The notes beneath the pieces were generated by a model, which was not told where the DNA came from, ran no database searches, and saw nothing but the letters and a program-made list of their open reading frames with translations. A stretch of DNA of 63,609 nt, the filler included, from Collodictyon triciliatum (Eukaryota): the NCBI GenBank assembly GCA_043381765.1. It is 6 parts of 6 records of this genome, joined end to end, with 100 filler letters (N's around TTAATTAATTAA, not from the genome) between each part and the next. Parts side by side here need not be neighbours in the genome. Positions count along the whole stretch, not along the records: positions 22,861 to 34,188 come from JBHJMP010002428.1; positions 34,289 to 47,585 come from JBHJMP010002429.1; 4 more parts are not named here. One strand, given 5' to 3'. The position numbers and the translations under genes were made by a program. Positions 22,861-36,852 of the stretch are shown piece after piece. Position 1 is the stretch's first letter. The number at the start of each line of letters is the position of its first letter.

Positions 22861-25801
22861 GTCCATCACTCACATCTAAAATGTAGGTATCCATAAAGCA
22901 AAACTGATTGTTGATTGAGACGCCACGCGGATGTTGCCGGCTGATGGGTGTGTTTTGAGTATCGCTGAGTATTCTTACGCTCTCGTCACTCATCTCATAC
23001 TCAAAAATCGAGCCCGAAGCCTCCATGCCATTTGTATTCATCCCTCCCCATATCATCACTCTTGTTCCAACCACAAGGCTCGCTGAAAAGTATCGGACTC
23101 CAAATTCTTGAAATGATGAGTCAAGTCCCGCTATGCTTGTCCAAATCCTCTTTGCTTTTATTTTTAATTTTGGGTATTACTTATTTTTGTTATAATTGCT
23201 CATTTCTCTCTGAGTTTGTTAAATACATGAATAATCACATAGTATGGCGTTCATTTTTCATGCTTACCAATCGAATATCTCCGAAAAATGGGCTCCTGAT
23301 AACCGGGATAAATTCCACCAATGACAAATAGAGCTCCCTGGTGGTGACCAAATGCCTGTCGATACAGTTACATCCGTAAACCTCTTTGATAGGTATTGAA
23401 TTTCCAGGTAATCGATATTTGCATTCAAAATAAGCACACTTCACTAAATATGGTACGAACATGGAATAAAATAATTATACTGCATGTAACACTGCTGGTG
23501 CGCAGTCTGAGTTGGATGGATGGCATACGGATTCTGCTTCAAGTCTTTCCCATCGCTCTTCAGCTGAGTCGCAAGATATCGGTTCGTAAGGAACAGTACG
23601 CCATAAGTTTTCTTTTGAAAATCATGATTACACGATAGTTTCAATTTTCAGAGATATGCAAACCGGTATGATAGAGCCATAAGTCGTTTATGGACATCCT
23701 TGCTTGCTGCGCTATCCTTCCACCAAACATCGCTATTGTGGCATTATCTACCGCAGCTAAGTGTGGGTGTGTTCTGCCGAGTGGGTATCGAGGCAAGCTG
23801 CTGTCAATCCACTCCAGTGATTCTGTGGCAATATCAACAAAGGTTATATCAAAGGATATATAGATTTCCTCTTACTATTTCCAATGACAAAAAGCTCATA
23901 TATTGAATCCAATTTTGTGTAAGACACGAATATTTCATCTCATCAAGAATCACTGAAATAGATAATGGAAAGTCTGCTTGAGATACCTGTATCAAAAACC
24001 CAAAAATCAGACAGAACAAACGATGTTTGCCCAGCAGTGATGACCATCTTGTTTTTTATGATGACAGAATTGATAAAATACCTCGGAGACGGAACTGCAA
24101 TTGGATAATCTAAAGCAAGGCCAGCTTTCTCAAATGAAATGATATTTGCCCCCTCTTTCTCTAGTATGATAAAAATTATAAATATTTAGTTTGATTATAA
24201 TAATTATTGCGTTATCATATCGATTTAAAATGGAAAAAAATGACCAACCTATTTCAATGATAATGATGTCATTGGTATAGCTCGATTGACTTTCATATAT
24301 GCCACCAAAAACAAGCAACTTATTTTTGTAGACTGAACCACCTCCGTACAAGACTGAAGGGATATCATCATAAGGGATGGATGGGTTCCATTCATGAGTA
24401 GCTTTTGTTATAAAATAGTGATATTTTAGAATATTAGGGTTCCGATCTCTTGAATATTTTATCTAAATTTTCATACTTAAGTTAAACATAAAGAAATTAG
24501 GATATAGATATCCATAGATATCGCTCCCTCCAAACATGACCAGTGAGTCTTTGTATAGAGCCATCTGAGTCAAGCGCAAAGAGACATAGTCCCCTTGACT
24601 AGTTGGTCTGTTCCTGATTCTTGTCCACAGTTTCTTTTCTATTTTAAAATTTTTTATTCATGCAAGTAATAAAATATTGCGGTTTAGTTATATAGTCGCG
24701 AGTCGAAAATCATATTTTGATACGAGAATCATAATTCTTTATAAACATATATTACTGAACCTGTACTAAAAAACCAAAAATTGTAATCGAGATATCCGTT
24801 GCGACCTCCATGTAAAAACATTTTTCCTTCAAAGGGAATACAATTCATATTTTCTACAGGCCGAGGCACATTGTATGAAGCGTATTCGATTTTCTCCCAG
24901 ACAAAAGTGTCTAGATCTAAAGAATACATGTCGTTCAAGCCAACGATACCAGCCCAGGAGCGCCCACCAAATAGATAAAGCTAAAAAATAGATTTATTAA
25001 CGCTTACTAAAAAACGAAAGGTGGCCATTTCATAGTTATAATAGTTTTTTTTTCAAACTTTACCTTATTTTTAATGACGCTGGTGCAATAGAAGAGTCTC
25101 CTCTCTGGGATGTATCCTTTTGTCAAAACTGACGCCCATTCGAGATTCGCTGTCGTAATTTCATTTACATTATTATTAGGTGAACATAGAGCTAACCGAT
25201 AGAAGAGAACATAGGCTTACATGTATTTAAAATCCACACTCTGTCAAACAATGGAATGTCAGCTTCGTATTCGTGACTCTCCCTTCAATTCAATTATTTT
25301 ATTTTCACGATTTTGGAATAATGAACAGGTGTTGTGATTTGAATGAAAATTGAAAATATAACAATGATCACGCTTTGAATAAAATTCCAATATCATCCAA
25401 GGATATGATATGTCAAAAGTTCGAAAAAAAAACAAATAATGATCTTTATCATTTCAATGTGATATTCTAATTGTAAAAGAGCTACTCGTCACCCAAAACA
25501 TAAATGAGGTCTTCCCGAGACGAGATGTACGCTCCTACGAAACCGAAAGGATCCTTTGAAGTGTATTCCCAGTCTATGAGTGATTTTAGTTATGGTAGAT
25601 GAGCAAATGATGTCTCCGGCGCTGGAAATAAGCTCGAAGGAAACTTACCCCCCAAAGTTGCTGCAGACACCAAATGCGTTGAATTAATTGACAAACCAGC
25701 TAGTGCTGTCAAGATAAATATCGAGAAAGAAGACATCCACATCTACGACTCTTTTCAAGAAGTATGAAATGAATTAGAGCTATGGAATCATATGCAATCA
25801 T
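22861..25801 (-). CDS. Multi-exon kelch-repeat protein, 3'-truncated by the scaffold end, possibly extracellular
   Basis: Spliced exons give repeated kelch motifs: LYLFGGRSW...NDMYSLDLDTFVWEK, KMFLHGG, LLVFGG, IAMFGG...INDLWLY, LFVIGG, VMIWGG. Possible hydrophobic N-terminus (FILTALAGLS). Start codon uncertain. Confidence 0.75.
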
Positions 25802-26204
25802 ACACTATTATACACCGTTTATTACAAACTTTAGGGAGCCAATAATGATTGCATGTTTTTTTTCTTCCTCCTCGTAACTATGCAATGATTAAAATAAGGG
25901 AAAGAACAGTCTTTTAATGTCTTGAAAAGTTTTTTGATTGGAGGCAGCTGGAGAAGCTGGAGTGTCGTGCTTTTGTTGCTATGTATTGAAAAGGTACTTT
26001 TATGCATCTTTTGTAGCCGGGAATGCCCAGAAAGCTGCCAACAAAACTGAAATATGCCAACAATCGGCACAGCCCAGGCATTCCGAGATGGGAAAAATAT
26101 GTATCTGGAATATATGATTCTCATTTTTTATTTTGGTTCCTATATCAAAGCTGGTTCTATTGCAATTGTCGTTCGTTTTTCCACTCCGGTTCATATATTC
26201 ATCG

Positions 26205-26450
26205 GGCACCATTTTATTTCCTCAGAAGACTAATGTTGTGGAGTAAAATAAAGGTTTAAGAGAATTATCTAAGACAGACCACTGAAAGGACTCATCGGAA
26301 TCGATTTGAGAAGTAACTGCCATGGGCGTTCTTTCATCGACCCGGCAACTAATTCTCTGCTCTCATGTCAGTCTCGAATAAAGCCAGAAACCGCGCTGGA
26401 GTTCAACCACCTTGGGTGGATTAGTTTGTTTCAGAGAACATAGTATTTCC
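26205..26450 (+). repeat. Interspersed repeat, copy 1 (homologous to 59555-59795)
   Basis: Shares the perfect blocks tcggaatcgatttgagaagtaactgccatg and ctttcatcgacccggcaact plus colinear flanks. Confidence 0.8.
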
Positions 26451-26871
26451 CTAACTTTTTCATCTACCGATTTTTCTCTTCTTTTATCTTTTCTCCTGGA
26501 ATCTTTCTTTTTGCCCTTTTTTTTATATACTTGAAATCTTCTTTTGTTATTTGTTTATTTTGTTATTTTTTGTTTCTGTCTAAATTGAAATAAATCAAGA
26601 CATTGGATATATTATGAAAGTGGCTTTTGCTCCTTCGAATTGTTTTGTTTCTTTTGAGTTAAAAATCGTTGAAAGTTTTTTGTTGGCTGAGTAATGATTA
26701 TTTTCATTCTTTTTTTTTAAAAAAAAACGGCTTTCCTACCAAACTCAAATATATATATATTGATCCAAAATACATCGATACTCATAGTTTTCTCTTTAAT
26801 TCAATCTCGAAATTCAAGAGATCGATTTTACTTTTATTTGTTTATCTCAAAATGTCTTGGAGGAGGTTAAA

Positions 26872-29800
26872 CTAATCTCGGAAAAGATAGACTATCCCTT
26901 TACGTGTTCCTTTTGAGGTTTCGAACGGAGCTGATGCCAAGACTGTATTGTTCCGGATAGCAACATCAAAACCAAATCCATCCAAAGAATCGGTATTTTC
27001 GCTGAGAAGCTGTCTTTTTTCGATCCATGTCCCATTATTTAACGTAAAGATATAAACTTTCCCTAGATTTATAATAAATAAAAAAGTAAGTATCCAAAAT
27101 CAATCCTAAGTTGGTGTATAATTTTCTTACTTTTTGAGTCACAGACAACATTTCCACCACATGGGTTTGTTCCTACTACCATTTTTTCTCCGTCAGAGCA
27201 GAAGCTGTAGCCAAAATGCTCGTTTTTGACACTTCTGATTGGCCTTATAGTAGACTTTAAAGCGAAATGCCCTTGAGTCCCCAGCACATAAATGCTGATT
27301 GAGCCTGATTTTGCTGAAGCAGTATTATCACTAATTGCCGAAATGTAAAGGTTCCTCCCTGTTAACTTTACCTTCCATCCAAATCCAGATTTTTTATTAT
27401 CAGAAATTGTATGCTTTATAAACCATCTCCTATTTTCTCGCTCAAAAACATAGACCGTTTCATGTGTTATATCTGTTGGACGATTTGAAACTGCCAAAAC
27501 GCTGTCACTTCCCAAAGAAACATCAGAGCCAAAAAACTCATTCTCAATCTTTAAAAAAGAGCTTATGATAAACGGTGAAGCACCACATTTTTTTTCCTTC
27601 TCGATATCGAAGACGTAAACCCTGCCTGAATTTAAAACGTTAGATACAATAAAACTTGGGGAACCCACAGCAACATATTTCTTTGAAACGCTTAAAGATT
27701 TTGAGAAGCTCAAATCTTTTTTACTCACACTAGAGGTAAGAGAACACATTTTAGTGAATGTCTCTGATAAAGCGTCCCAAGAATAAATGACAACTATTCC
27801 TGTCGACTGATCACGAAAAATAGAGCCTGGTGCTGATACAGCTAAGTAATTGTCACTCATTTCCAAATCATACCCAAATTTTACGTCTCTATTGAAAAAA
27901 GGATTCCTAATCTTCTTAAAAAATCTAAATTGATCATCAATCCATTTATAAGTCAAGATATATCCTCCATCGCACGAAATGAGAGGATTAACACATGTTG
28001 GGACAGATATTAAAGCCAAATCTCCAACCAAATATATTCTGTGCCCCATGCTTTCAGATTTTGAGTTTTTAAATAGGCTAAAAAGACTAGAACTGTAATT
28101 TGATGCAGTTGAATTAAAATTATTTAAATTATCATAGTGGAAGTTTCCGGCGCAATATGTTGATGCGCATGCATATGATTCACTATCGTTTTCGCCTTTG
28201 CATGGAATGCATGAAGATAAGCCATATGAGCCAAATTTTAAATTGAATGAGCCTTTTACACAAGCGTGGCATGATTGGGAATCTTTTGTGACACCCTCTT
28301 TTTGATAGAATCCTGGTGGACATAAAGCGCATTTCTCACTTCCTCTTGGACTGTAACTTCCATCAGGACATGGAATACATGAAAAATTTCCAAAACTTCC
28401 CTCGATGTTGTTATATGTTCCAACCGGACATAGAGTGCACGATATTTTTATCTCATCTCCAAAACTCCCAACTGGGCATTTTATGCAAGAATTCGAACTA
28501 ATTGCCCCATAAAAGGTGTTGTAAGTTCCATTGGGGCAAGTTGAACAATTCTTTTGACCATGTAATTCATTATATTTACCAGGGTGGCACATTTCACACA
28601 AATGTTTTCCTGGGACAGAAGAAAATGTTCCTGGCAAACAATTTTGGCAGTCAATGATGCTAGAAGATCCAATATTTGAATTAAAAGAGCCTTCTGGACA
28701 TTTATTGCAAGCTATCGATTTTGTTATATTTGAATATTGCCCAAAATTACATGGAGAACAGTTTAATCGTCCTTTTTTATCTGAATAGAATCCCAAAGGG
28801 CATTCAAAGCATTTATCTTGTCCAAAAATATTGTTGAAGGTGCCTGGTTCACACTCAACACAAGCCGATGAGCTATTACTTCTTTTTAAAGGATTGTATG
28901 TTCCAGGAGGACACATATTACATTCCAACCTGCTGAATTCACTGTTGAATTTTCCAGGAGGGCAATCAAGGCAGGTCTTCCTTCCTTCGTCACCGTTGTA
29001 AGTACCGGGCTCACAGCTATGGCATTTTATTTGACCTTTCTTATCATTATATGTCCCTGATGGACACAACAAGCAATCATCGATAGAAGCAGACCCATTC
29101 ACTGGATTGTAAGTACCAGTTGTACACAAAACACAAGAATTAGATCCTATGGATGGACTGAATGTACCCGGTGCGCATGGAAGGCAGAAAGATTGACCAT
29201 TTAATGGACTGTATGTACCCGGTGCACATGATAGGCAGTATGATTGACCAATAGATGGATTGTATGTGCCTGGTGCGCAAAATATACAAGCATTCGAACT
29301 ATTGGATCCAGGTAATGGATTGAATGTGCCTTGTGCGCATGGTGCGCAAGAAGGTTGGCCAATCGATGGATTATATGTACCCGGCGCGCATGATAGGCAA
29401 GAAGGTTGACCACTTAATGGATTGTATGTGCCTGGTGCGCATGAAATGCATGATGTTTGACCGATAGATGGATTGTATGTTCCTTGTGCGCATGGGAAGC
29501 AAGAAGGTTGGCCAGTTGATGGATTGTATGTGCCTGGTGCGCAAGATAAGCAAGAAGGTTGACCACTTAAAGGATTGTATGTGCCTGGTGCGCATTTCAG
29601 ACAAGAACTTGAACTTGTGGAGCCCTCAGATGGGTTGTATGTTCCAAATTCACATGAGATACAGGATGAATTACTTGTGGATCCAATCGATGGATTGTAT
29701 GTGCCTGGTGCGCAAGATAAGCAAGAAGGTTGACCATTTAATGGATTGTATGCGCCTGGTGCGCATTTCAGACAAGAACTTGAGCTTGTGGAGCCCTCAG

Positions 29801-30982
29801 ATGGGTTGTATGTTCCAGTCGGACATAAAGAGCAAGAAGCACTTCCAATACCGCTATAACTGCCCGGTGGGCAATATTGGCATGCTTTTGAGCTTGAATC
29901 ATAAAAAAATCCAGCACCGCACATCCCCCAGATTTTGACTGATTTATCAGAGCTTCCAGATACAATTTTCAGATTTTCATGAGTTATGGAAACACTTCGA
30001 ACATCACTAGTATGACCAGTTAATATTCTAATCAAAGCCCCGCTAAGAAGGTTCCAAATTCGTATCCCATCGTCATCACCTCCAGATACAATTTTTGAAC
30101 CATCTGGAGTTATAGCAACACTTCGAACATTGTTAGTGTGGCCAGTCAGTGTGCGAATCAAGACTCCATCTGGGAGATTCCAAATTTTAATGGTGAAATC
30201 CTGCCCTCCAGATACAATTTTTGAACCATCTGGGGTAACAGCAACACTTATAACATACCCACTATGGCCAGTCAATGTACGAATCAAGGTTCCATTGGTA
30301 AAGTGCCAAATTTTGAGTGAACCACCAGCAGGACTACCTCCGGAAACAATTTTGGAGCTATCAGGAGTAATAGCGACTGTAAAAACTTCAGCAGAATGAG
30401 CTGCCCATGAACGAAGCAAGGCCCCATCAGAAAGATTCCAAATTTTAAGGGTATTATCACGGCTTCCAGAAACTATTTTGGAGCCATCAGGAGCTATGGC
30501 CATTCCGTAAACAGTTCCAGTGTTGTTGCTGGATGTCAAAACCAAGGAGCCATCCGATATATTCCAGATTTTCAACTTTCCGTCACTTGCAGAGACAACT
30601 TTTGAACTATCAGGAGTAACAGCAATACTCCAAACATCATAAGTATTATCGGTAAGAGTACGGATTAGCACTCCATCAGATAGATTCCAAATTTTAATTT
30701 TCTTATCCCTATAGTCACCTCCTGAAACAATTTTTGAACCATCAGGAGTAACGACGGCGCAGTAAACAAAGGAAGTATGAGCCGTCCATGAGCGGAGTAG
30801 CATATCTTGTCCTTTGCTTCGGTCGACTTGGCTGCTCATAATCAAACCTGAAAATGAATTTTTGATTTATCAGCAACTAGTTAAAGTTAGTTGAAAGAAA
30901 GGATAATAAAATATGTGTGGGCTATTATATACTAACCTAGTAACATCGTGACTGCAACAGACCCCAAATTCGCTATCATCAT
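26872..30982 (-). CDS. Probably secreted protein: 7 WD40 repeats + GCC2/GCC3 (ephrin-receptor-like) Cys-rich repeats + FG-GAP-like propeller; 3 exons
   Basis: Exon 1 MMIANLGSVAVTMLL(G) (ATG at 30982) splices into ORF 27069-30845. That ORF has WD40 (VAITPDGSKIVSGG.D..IKIWNL), CxPGTYNP repeats and FG-GAP-like motifs (FGYDL...VSAPG, FGSDV, FGWKV, FGYSF). Last exon 26872-27062 reads KVYIF...GFGFDVAI...ASAP...GIVYLFRD*. No TM helix seen. Confidence 0.85.
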
Positions 30983-31399
30983 GAAAACTTTAATTCTATG
31001 AATTTAAATGAGTTTAAACCATTATTATACCTATTACCTATCTTTATGTAATAATTTAAATTATCTCTATCATATATTTATGATTAATCGACTATGTTAT
31101 AATACACAAAAATATTGTTGGAGTATTTGCTTCAATGGAAAACTTATTTTCCAAATTCAAAATGAATGATCAGAAAATAAAATTTTATAATAATTAGTCT
31201 CTTTGTGAGATTATCTATATTCAATTTGCTTTAATAGCATTATAAACACCATATATTTATTTTGTTTGATAATCCCTCTCTGAATCAATGTGTTGGCTAA
31301 AGCAAATTATCTGTATCTATTTTTCAAATAAGTAGTGCATAATCAAAAATCATTTTCCTAGTTATGACATCAATCAAGTATCATTTAAAGATAGGATTA

Positions 31400-33500
31400 G
31401 TTATGGTTATAAATTCCAACAAAGCATTAGACCACCATGAATAGATTGAAATTGAGAAAAATGTTAGAGAAGACATTGTTTTCATCTGGCAGTTCTTTGT
31501 TTTGCTTGGGCTCCTCTTGTCCATGATGATTCTGGTTATTGAAAAAACATTAGCTCTGGTAATACTAATATAACAATTTCTCAATTTGAGAAATGTAAAA
31601 GAATAATTGAGAAAAATTAATACCGAATAAAGCTTACAACAAATTGCGGGAAATTGAAATAGCGATAAATAAACAAATATCATGATTTTCATTGAATACT
31701 ATTCAAAATTTTTTGATAAAATTAAATCTGAAATTATCACAGACATAATAAGCAATTGTAAATTATCATTACTGACCTCGAAAATTTATATATATCTAGA
31801 GACCAGGCAACTCGTCCCTGCACAATTTTGACCATAGCTTTCCATAATATACGATGATGTAAAATTGAAACAAAAATCATATTACAAATTGATTCCCAAT
31901 GAAATACAGATAAAAATCATTCAGCACGAATGAGTCAAATTAATCTAAAAATGATATGTAAAGTAATTAAAATTTTTAACCAAATATTCTACAGGATATA
32001 TTAATTAAAATTACATACTTGTTTGAACTTCTATGACTGTAAAATTTACTTTCTTCACATGACTGAATTTTCCTATCATATATAGGCCCTTGATTTATTT
32101 CCGATCAAATATGAAACAATCCTCATGTACACCACATATATACTCATCTCCGATAGTTAGGTATGGAAGGCTCTTCATTCCATGGATTGAATAAATCGAT
32201 GAGTCTATGCTGATAAGGGATATAGTATATACATTTTAAATTGCAACCTGAAGTCGTAGTTGTAAATCACAAAAAAGCATTTGATTTCCCCATAATTTTC
32301 TTACTTTGTTGGATTGGTATTATTTTATAGAAATATAAAATCTTTCATAAGAAAATGGTTCAAATAACGAATTAAAACTGATTAAGTCAAAATTTATCAA
32401 CAAATATGGACTTCATTTCGTGTAAATATATTTATCTATTGCTTATTTTCACAATTTCATGAAAAAAATATATAAACCGTTATCGCTTCCTAGTCGATTT
32501 TTTCTTTTCGATGATGTATGATATAAATAAAACAGTAAACTTTTTTTTTTACAAATTGCTATGCTCCCTCTTATCAAACTTTACTGAAGAAGTATATTTT
32601 AAAGACTAAATTCCTTGACCTCTGCAAATGATAATATTTCACTATGTAATGCTCTGAAACTTGTTTTGTTGGATAATTGGCGAAAATTGCTTAAATGAAG
32701 GAAATTTCTTCGCAATGTCGGTTTAGTCCCAGTTTAATTCAATTGAATAAGTATACAATCTAATCACCAAAGAGGCTAGAGCCATTGAAATAAAACACCT
32801 TTTGACTCCGAATGAAAAAACGTTTTTACAACAAAACATTAATTGATCATTAAAATGTAAAAATTTCTTTTAAATTATTTTTTCTATATGTTGAAATAAG
32901 TTTAAAAGTTATAAAAAACATTCTCTATTAAATAACTCATTCATGTACTTATAAGTTGCTCTTGTATTAAAATTTCCGATACCGTCTTTCAATAAAATTG
33001 CAACAAACCTCAGCGGCCTCATGATGGAGAGAACTTATTGCTGCTCAATTTTACATGGGGATCGCTTGTGTTGCTGAATTTTTATTCAGGGTATTAAACA
33101 AAGACTGTTCAGCTCTCGATTGATTTTCAAAATTATGAATTAAAGGCGTGCCCCTAAATAACAACAATAACATTAAGGCTTATTAGTATATAGAAAGTGG
33201 TTGAAAATTATACCTTACATTTCTAAACCTATCTTACAGCCGATGCAATATTATTAACAAAATTTGCGCGATGCAAAAGATTTTGAAACACAGAGTATTA
33301 ATTTGAATAGTATCAAAGATTTCTATTGGTGTGATGGAATCTGATAGACTGCATCTCTGGGGAAATGGAGAATTCTCACAATTAATCAACACTATTCATA
33401 ATTGCTATCTCTCTGCCATATAGAGTTGAAATGAGAATCCTTATTTGAATTCAAATTGAGCGATTAAATAATAACCATTCTAATGTTATTGTTTTTTTGT
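31400..33500 (-). pseudogene. Possible decayed Cys-rich / multi-pass receptor pseudogene
   Basis: Stop-riddled minus-strand fragments (VLINCENSPFPQRC, YCIGCKIG, MKSLPYLTIGDEY, YIMESY, hydrophobic stretches) faintly resemble the receptor at 60065-63609. No intact ORF. Confidence 0.25.
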
Positions 33501-34049
33501 AAAAGATTATTATTGCAAAAAATATATTCAAATAATCCATGAGATGAGGATATAAGTCGTTGAATGTTTTATGCATAAAAAGGAGCATCACTTACAAAAT
33601 CTTTAGAAAGGTTTCAAGGAGAGTTTGATGGCACAATAGTACATGTTAAAAAAAGCCTAACCTATTATACATATTTTTAAGTATACTTTGATTGAGAGAA
33701 TGCTTCTCTGCCTCCCAATTTCTCTACACTATCACGCAAAGAAGCACATCACGGCCAAGACCTCTCATCTAGTAAAAAAAATTGACAGGAGGAATAAAAT
33801 AAGACCTCGAGTTGGTCTAAGAAATCCAATCAGGGACAGAGTCACACACAAAGTTAAATACTTGTTTTTTGGGGTGGGGAAGGGGAAGTATTGGGTTCTA
33901 AAAAAAAAAAAGCTTCTTGTAAGACATGGTTTCGGCCGATTTAAGGGACGCTTTTGATGTGAATGTACCAGCGGTTTGCCTGGTCGATATTTTGATCGGT
34001 CTTTTTTTAACATTTGTTTTTTTATTTTTTTGCTTCTTTCTAGGTTGCT

Positions 34050-34188
34050 TTTGTTTTTTTGTTTTTTTGTTTTTTGTTTTTTGTTTTTTGTTTTTTGTTA
34101 TTTATGTTTTTTGTTTTTTGTTTTTTGTTTTTTGTTTTTTGTTTTTTGTTTTTTGTTTTTTGTTTTTTGTTTTTTGTTTTTTGTTTTT
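34050..34188. repeat. (TTTTTTG)n simple repeat at the scaffold end
   Basis: Direct observation. The same motif occurs at ~35500-35610, 36268-36332 and 58913-58980. Confidence 0.9.
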
Positions 34189-34288
34189 NNNNNNNNNNNN
34201 NNNNNNNNNNNNNNNNNNNNNNNNNNNNNNNNTTAATTAATTAANNNNNNNNNNNNNNNNNNNNNNNNNNNNNNNNNNNNNNNNNNNN
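34189..34288. other. Artificial scaffold spacer
   Basis: 44N-TTAATTAATTAA-44N. Confidence 0.95.
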
Positions 34289-34383
34289 TAATGATAATGA
34301 TAATGATAATGATAATGATAATGATAATGATAATGATAATGATAATGATAATGATAATGATAATGATAATGATAATGATAATG

Positions 34384-34413
<30 letters not shown>
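34289..34413. repeat. (ATGATA)n microsatellite
   Basis: Direct observation. Confidence 0.95.
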
Positions 34414-34417
<4 letters not shown>

Positions 34418-34699
34418 GGATACATAAAACGGTGTCAAAAAGTCGCATGAATGTGATGCATGAATCATTCAGCTTTCCCTGGTAATTTTGGTTGTGTTAA
34501 ATCCCGCTCTAGTTGTTGGATTCTTCTGATCGATCTAGATTGTCATTTATCATATTCACAAAATTGTTCGTTCAAGGTTGCTATACTGGCATTATAGTGA
34601 AGTATGAGTTCTAATGAGCGCTCAGGACTACATGAATATGCCCATCTGGTCCATCTAAAAAAATCGGTGAAAACATACTGAATCAGTATTTTGTGGACA

Positions 34700-35150
34700 T
34701 ATGAATAACCAGCGCCAATCAAAAGAAATATCATGAGAGCGGTGTGGATGTCGTGGAGTGGAGAAAATATTTATTTATTTTCACTTTTTTTCAATTACTT
34801 TCTTGAAACTTTCGTGCTTCGGTAAGTAAAAGTTCTCCATGGCTAGTATGATTCGTGTTAGGGAGAAACGCACATTTCTGTTAATATCGTATCCTTTTAT
34901 TTTAATAATACATTATCCTATTACAGAAATATTTGTGGGTGATTTTTAGAATAAGTCAAACACGAACTTATTCTTTTCTTCTTGTAGATTCCATGAAAAA
35001 GATGTTTCCGGATTTTAATATCCACATGGCCTTTAATCATGCCGATTGGGCCTGTGGGTGTGATTTTATTTTTTTTACCATAATTTTAAATATTTTAATA
35101 GACTTTTACTAGCACCAGTGATTGGACGGCTCCATAGGTTGCTGTGGTAT
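34700..35150 (+). CDS. Possible small exons of an unidentified gene fragment
   Basis: AG/GT-bounded segments such as DSMKKMFPDFNIHMAFNHADWA and PVIGRLHRLL. No recognisable domain, and the frame could not be completed. Confidence 0.25.
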
Positions 35151-35603
35151 ATTTTAAGAAGCTTAGGGCTTGAAAGTTAAAATTATATTCTACAAAAATT
35201 GGCAGAATTTTTTGGATGCATATACTGATTGCCTTCGTATTATAGAATCCCACTCATGTTCAACCTTTACCCTTTCCGTGTTCATAAAGAGAAAACAGAG
35301 AACTCGTGTTTGGTTATTTGCTCAAGGGAATCACATGTTGATTCATGGATGTTATTTATATATTTGAGTATTTTGCCGCGGATGTGCCACTGGCTATCAT
35401 CAAATGGGTATCACTGACGTAGTAGCTTAAACCGAGGCTTTCCAAAGTACACTTATTTTTTATGTTTTATATTATGTTTTATTTTTTATTTATTATGTTT
35501 TATTTTTTGTTTTTTTGTTTTTTTGTTTTTTTCTTTTTTTTGTTTTTTTTGTTTTTTTGTTTTTTTTGTTTTTTGTTTTTTGTTTTTTTTGTTTTTGTTT
35601 TTT

Positions 35604-35676
<73 letters not shown>

Positions 35677-36267
35677 NNNNNNNNNNNNNNNNNNNNNNNN
35701 NNNNNNNNNNNNNNNNNNNNNNNNNNNNNNNNNNNNNNNNNNNNNNNNNNNNNNNNNNNNNNNNNNNNNNNNNNNNNNNNNNNNNNNNNNNNNNNNNNNN
35801 NNNNNNNNNNNNNNNNNNNNNNNNNNNNNNNNNNNNNNNNNNNNNNNNNNNNNNNNNNNNNNNNNNNNNNNNNNNNNNNNNNNNNNNNNNNNNNNNNNNN
35901 NNNNNNNNNNNNNNNNNNNNNNNNNNNNNNNNNNNNNNNNNNNNNNNNNNNNNNNNNNNNNNNNNNNNNNNNNNNNNNNNNNNNNNNNNNNNNNNNNNNN
36001 NNNNNNNNNNNNNNNNNNNNNNNNNNNNNNNNNNNNNNNNNNNNNNNNNNNNNNNNNNNNNNNNNNNNNNNNNNNNNNNNNNNNNNNNNNNNNNNNNNNN
36101 NNNNNNNNNNNNNNNNNNNNNNNNNNNNNNNNNNNNNNNNNNNNNNNNNNNNNNNNNNNNNNNNNNNNNNNNNNNNNNNNNNNNNNNNNNNNNNNNNNNN
36201 NNNNNNNNNNNNNNNNNNNNNNNNNNNNNNNNNNNNNNNNNNNNNNNNNNNNNNNNNNNNNNNNNNN
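35677..36267. other. Intra-scaffold assembly gap (591 N)
   Basis: N run without linker, flanked by T-rich repeats. Confidence 0.95.
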
Positions 36268-36852
36268 TTTTTGTTTTTTGTTTTTTGTTTTTTGTTTTTT
36301 GTTTTTTGTTTTTTGTTTTTTGTTTTTTGTTTGAATTATACTCAGCGAGTAGTTATAAACCCAAGTAAAGATACCATACTATTCAACTATATATGGAAAA
36401 TACAATTTTAATTCATTTAAGCACTTGTTTTGGACAGGAATCCTCAGATAATCATTGAATCAATATAATATAATAATATCGTCATGCATTATAACAGTCA
36501 AACTCAAACACCGAGGGTCATGCCTCAAATGGAAAAACAGCAGGAAAAACAAATCTGGCTCTTTGCTTCTGCAGCTCTCTTTGCCACCGATCAACAAGGT
36601 AACAAAACTGAGAGGCTTCAAAATAATGAGTGCTGTGGAAAACTACGCAGCGAAACATGCGCCTACTTGCTGACAAGAAACAGAAACTCAGTCAGTTCTC
36701 CACAAAAAAAGGGAAAAAAAAACAACCAAAAAGAAAAGAAAAGAAAGATACGAGGCAAAGCAACACACAAAATAAAGTTTTTTAAAAGGCAAAAAAAAAA
36801 TGAGAACGAAAAAAGCGCCAGCTGGTCTGCTTAATTTCTCTGGACGCAGCAG

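Noticed and set aside
26285-26350. Twister- or hammerhead-like words (TAACTGCCA...CCCGG; CCGATGAGTCC on the minus strand)
   Set aside because: The required core stems and partner motifs are missing or not conserved in the second copy.
29100-29830. Regular 51-63-nt direct repeats resembling a CRISPR-like array
   Set aside because: They are in-frame coding Cys-rich repeats without unique spacers, in a eukaryotic gene.
33926-36411. ORF-track proteins rich in F, I, L or X
   Set aside because: Translations of microsatellites and N gaps.
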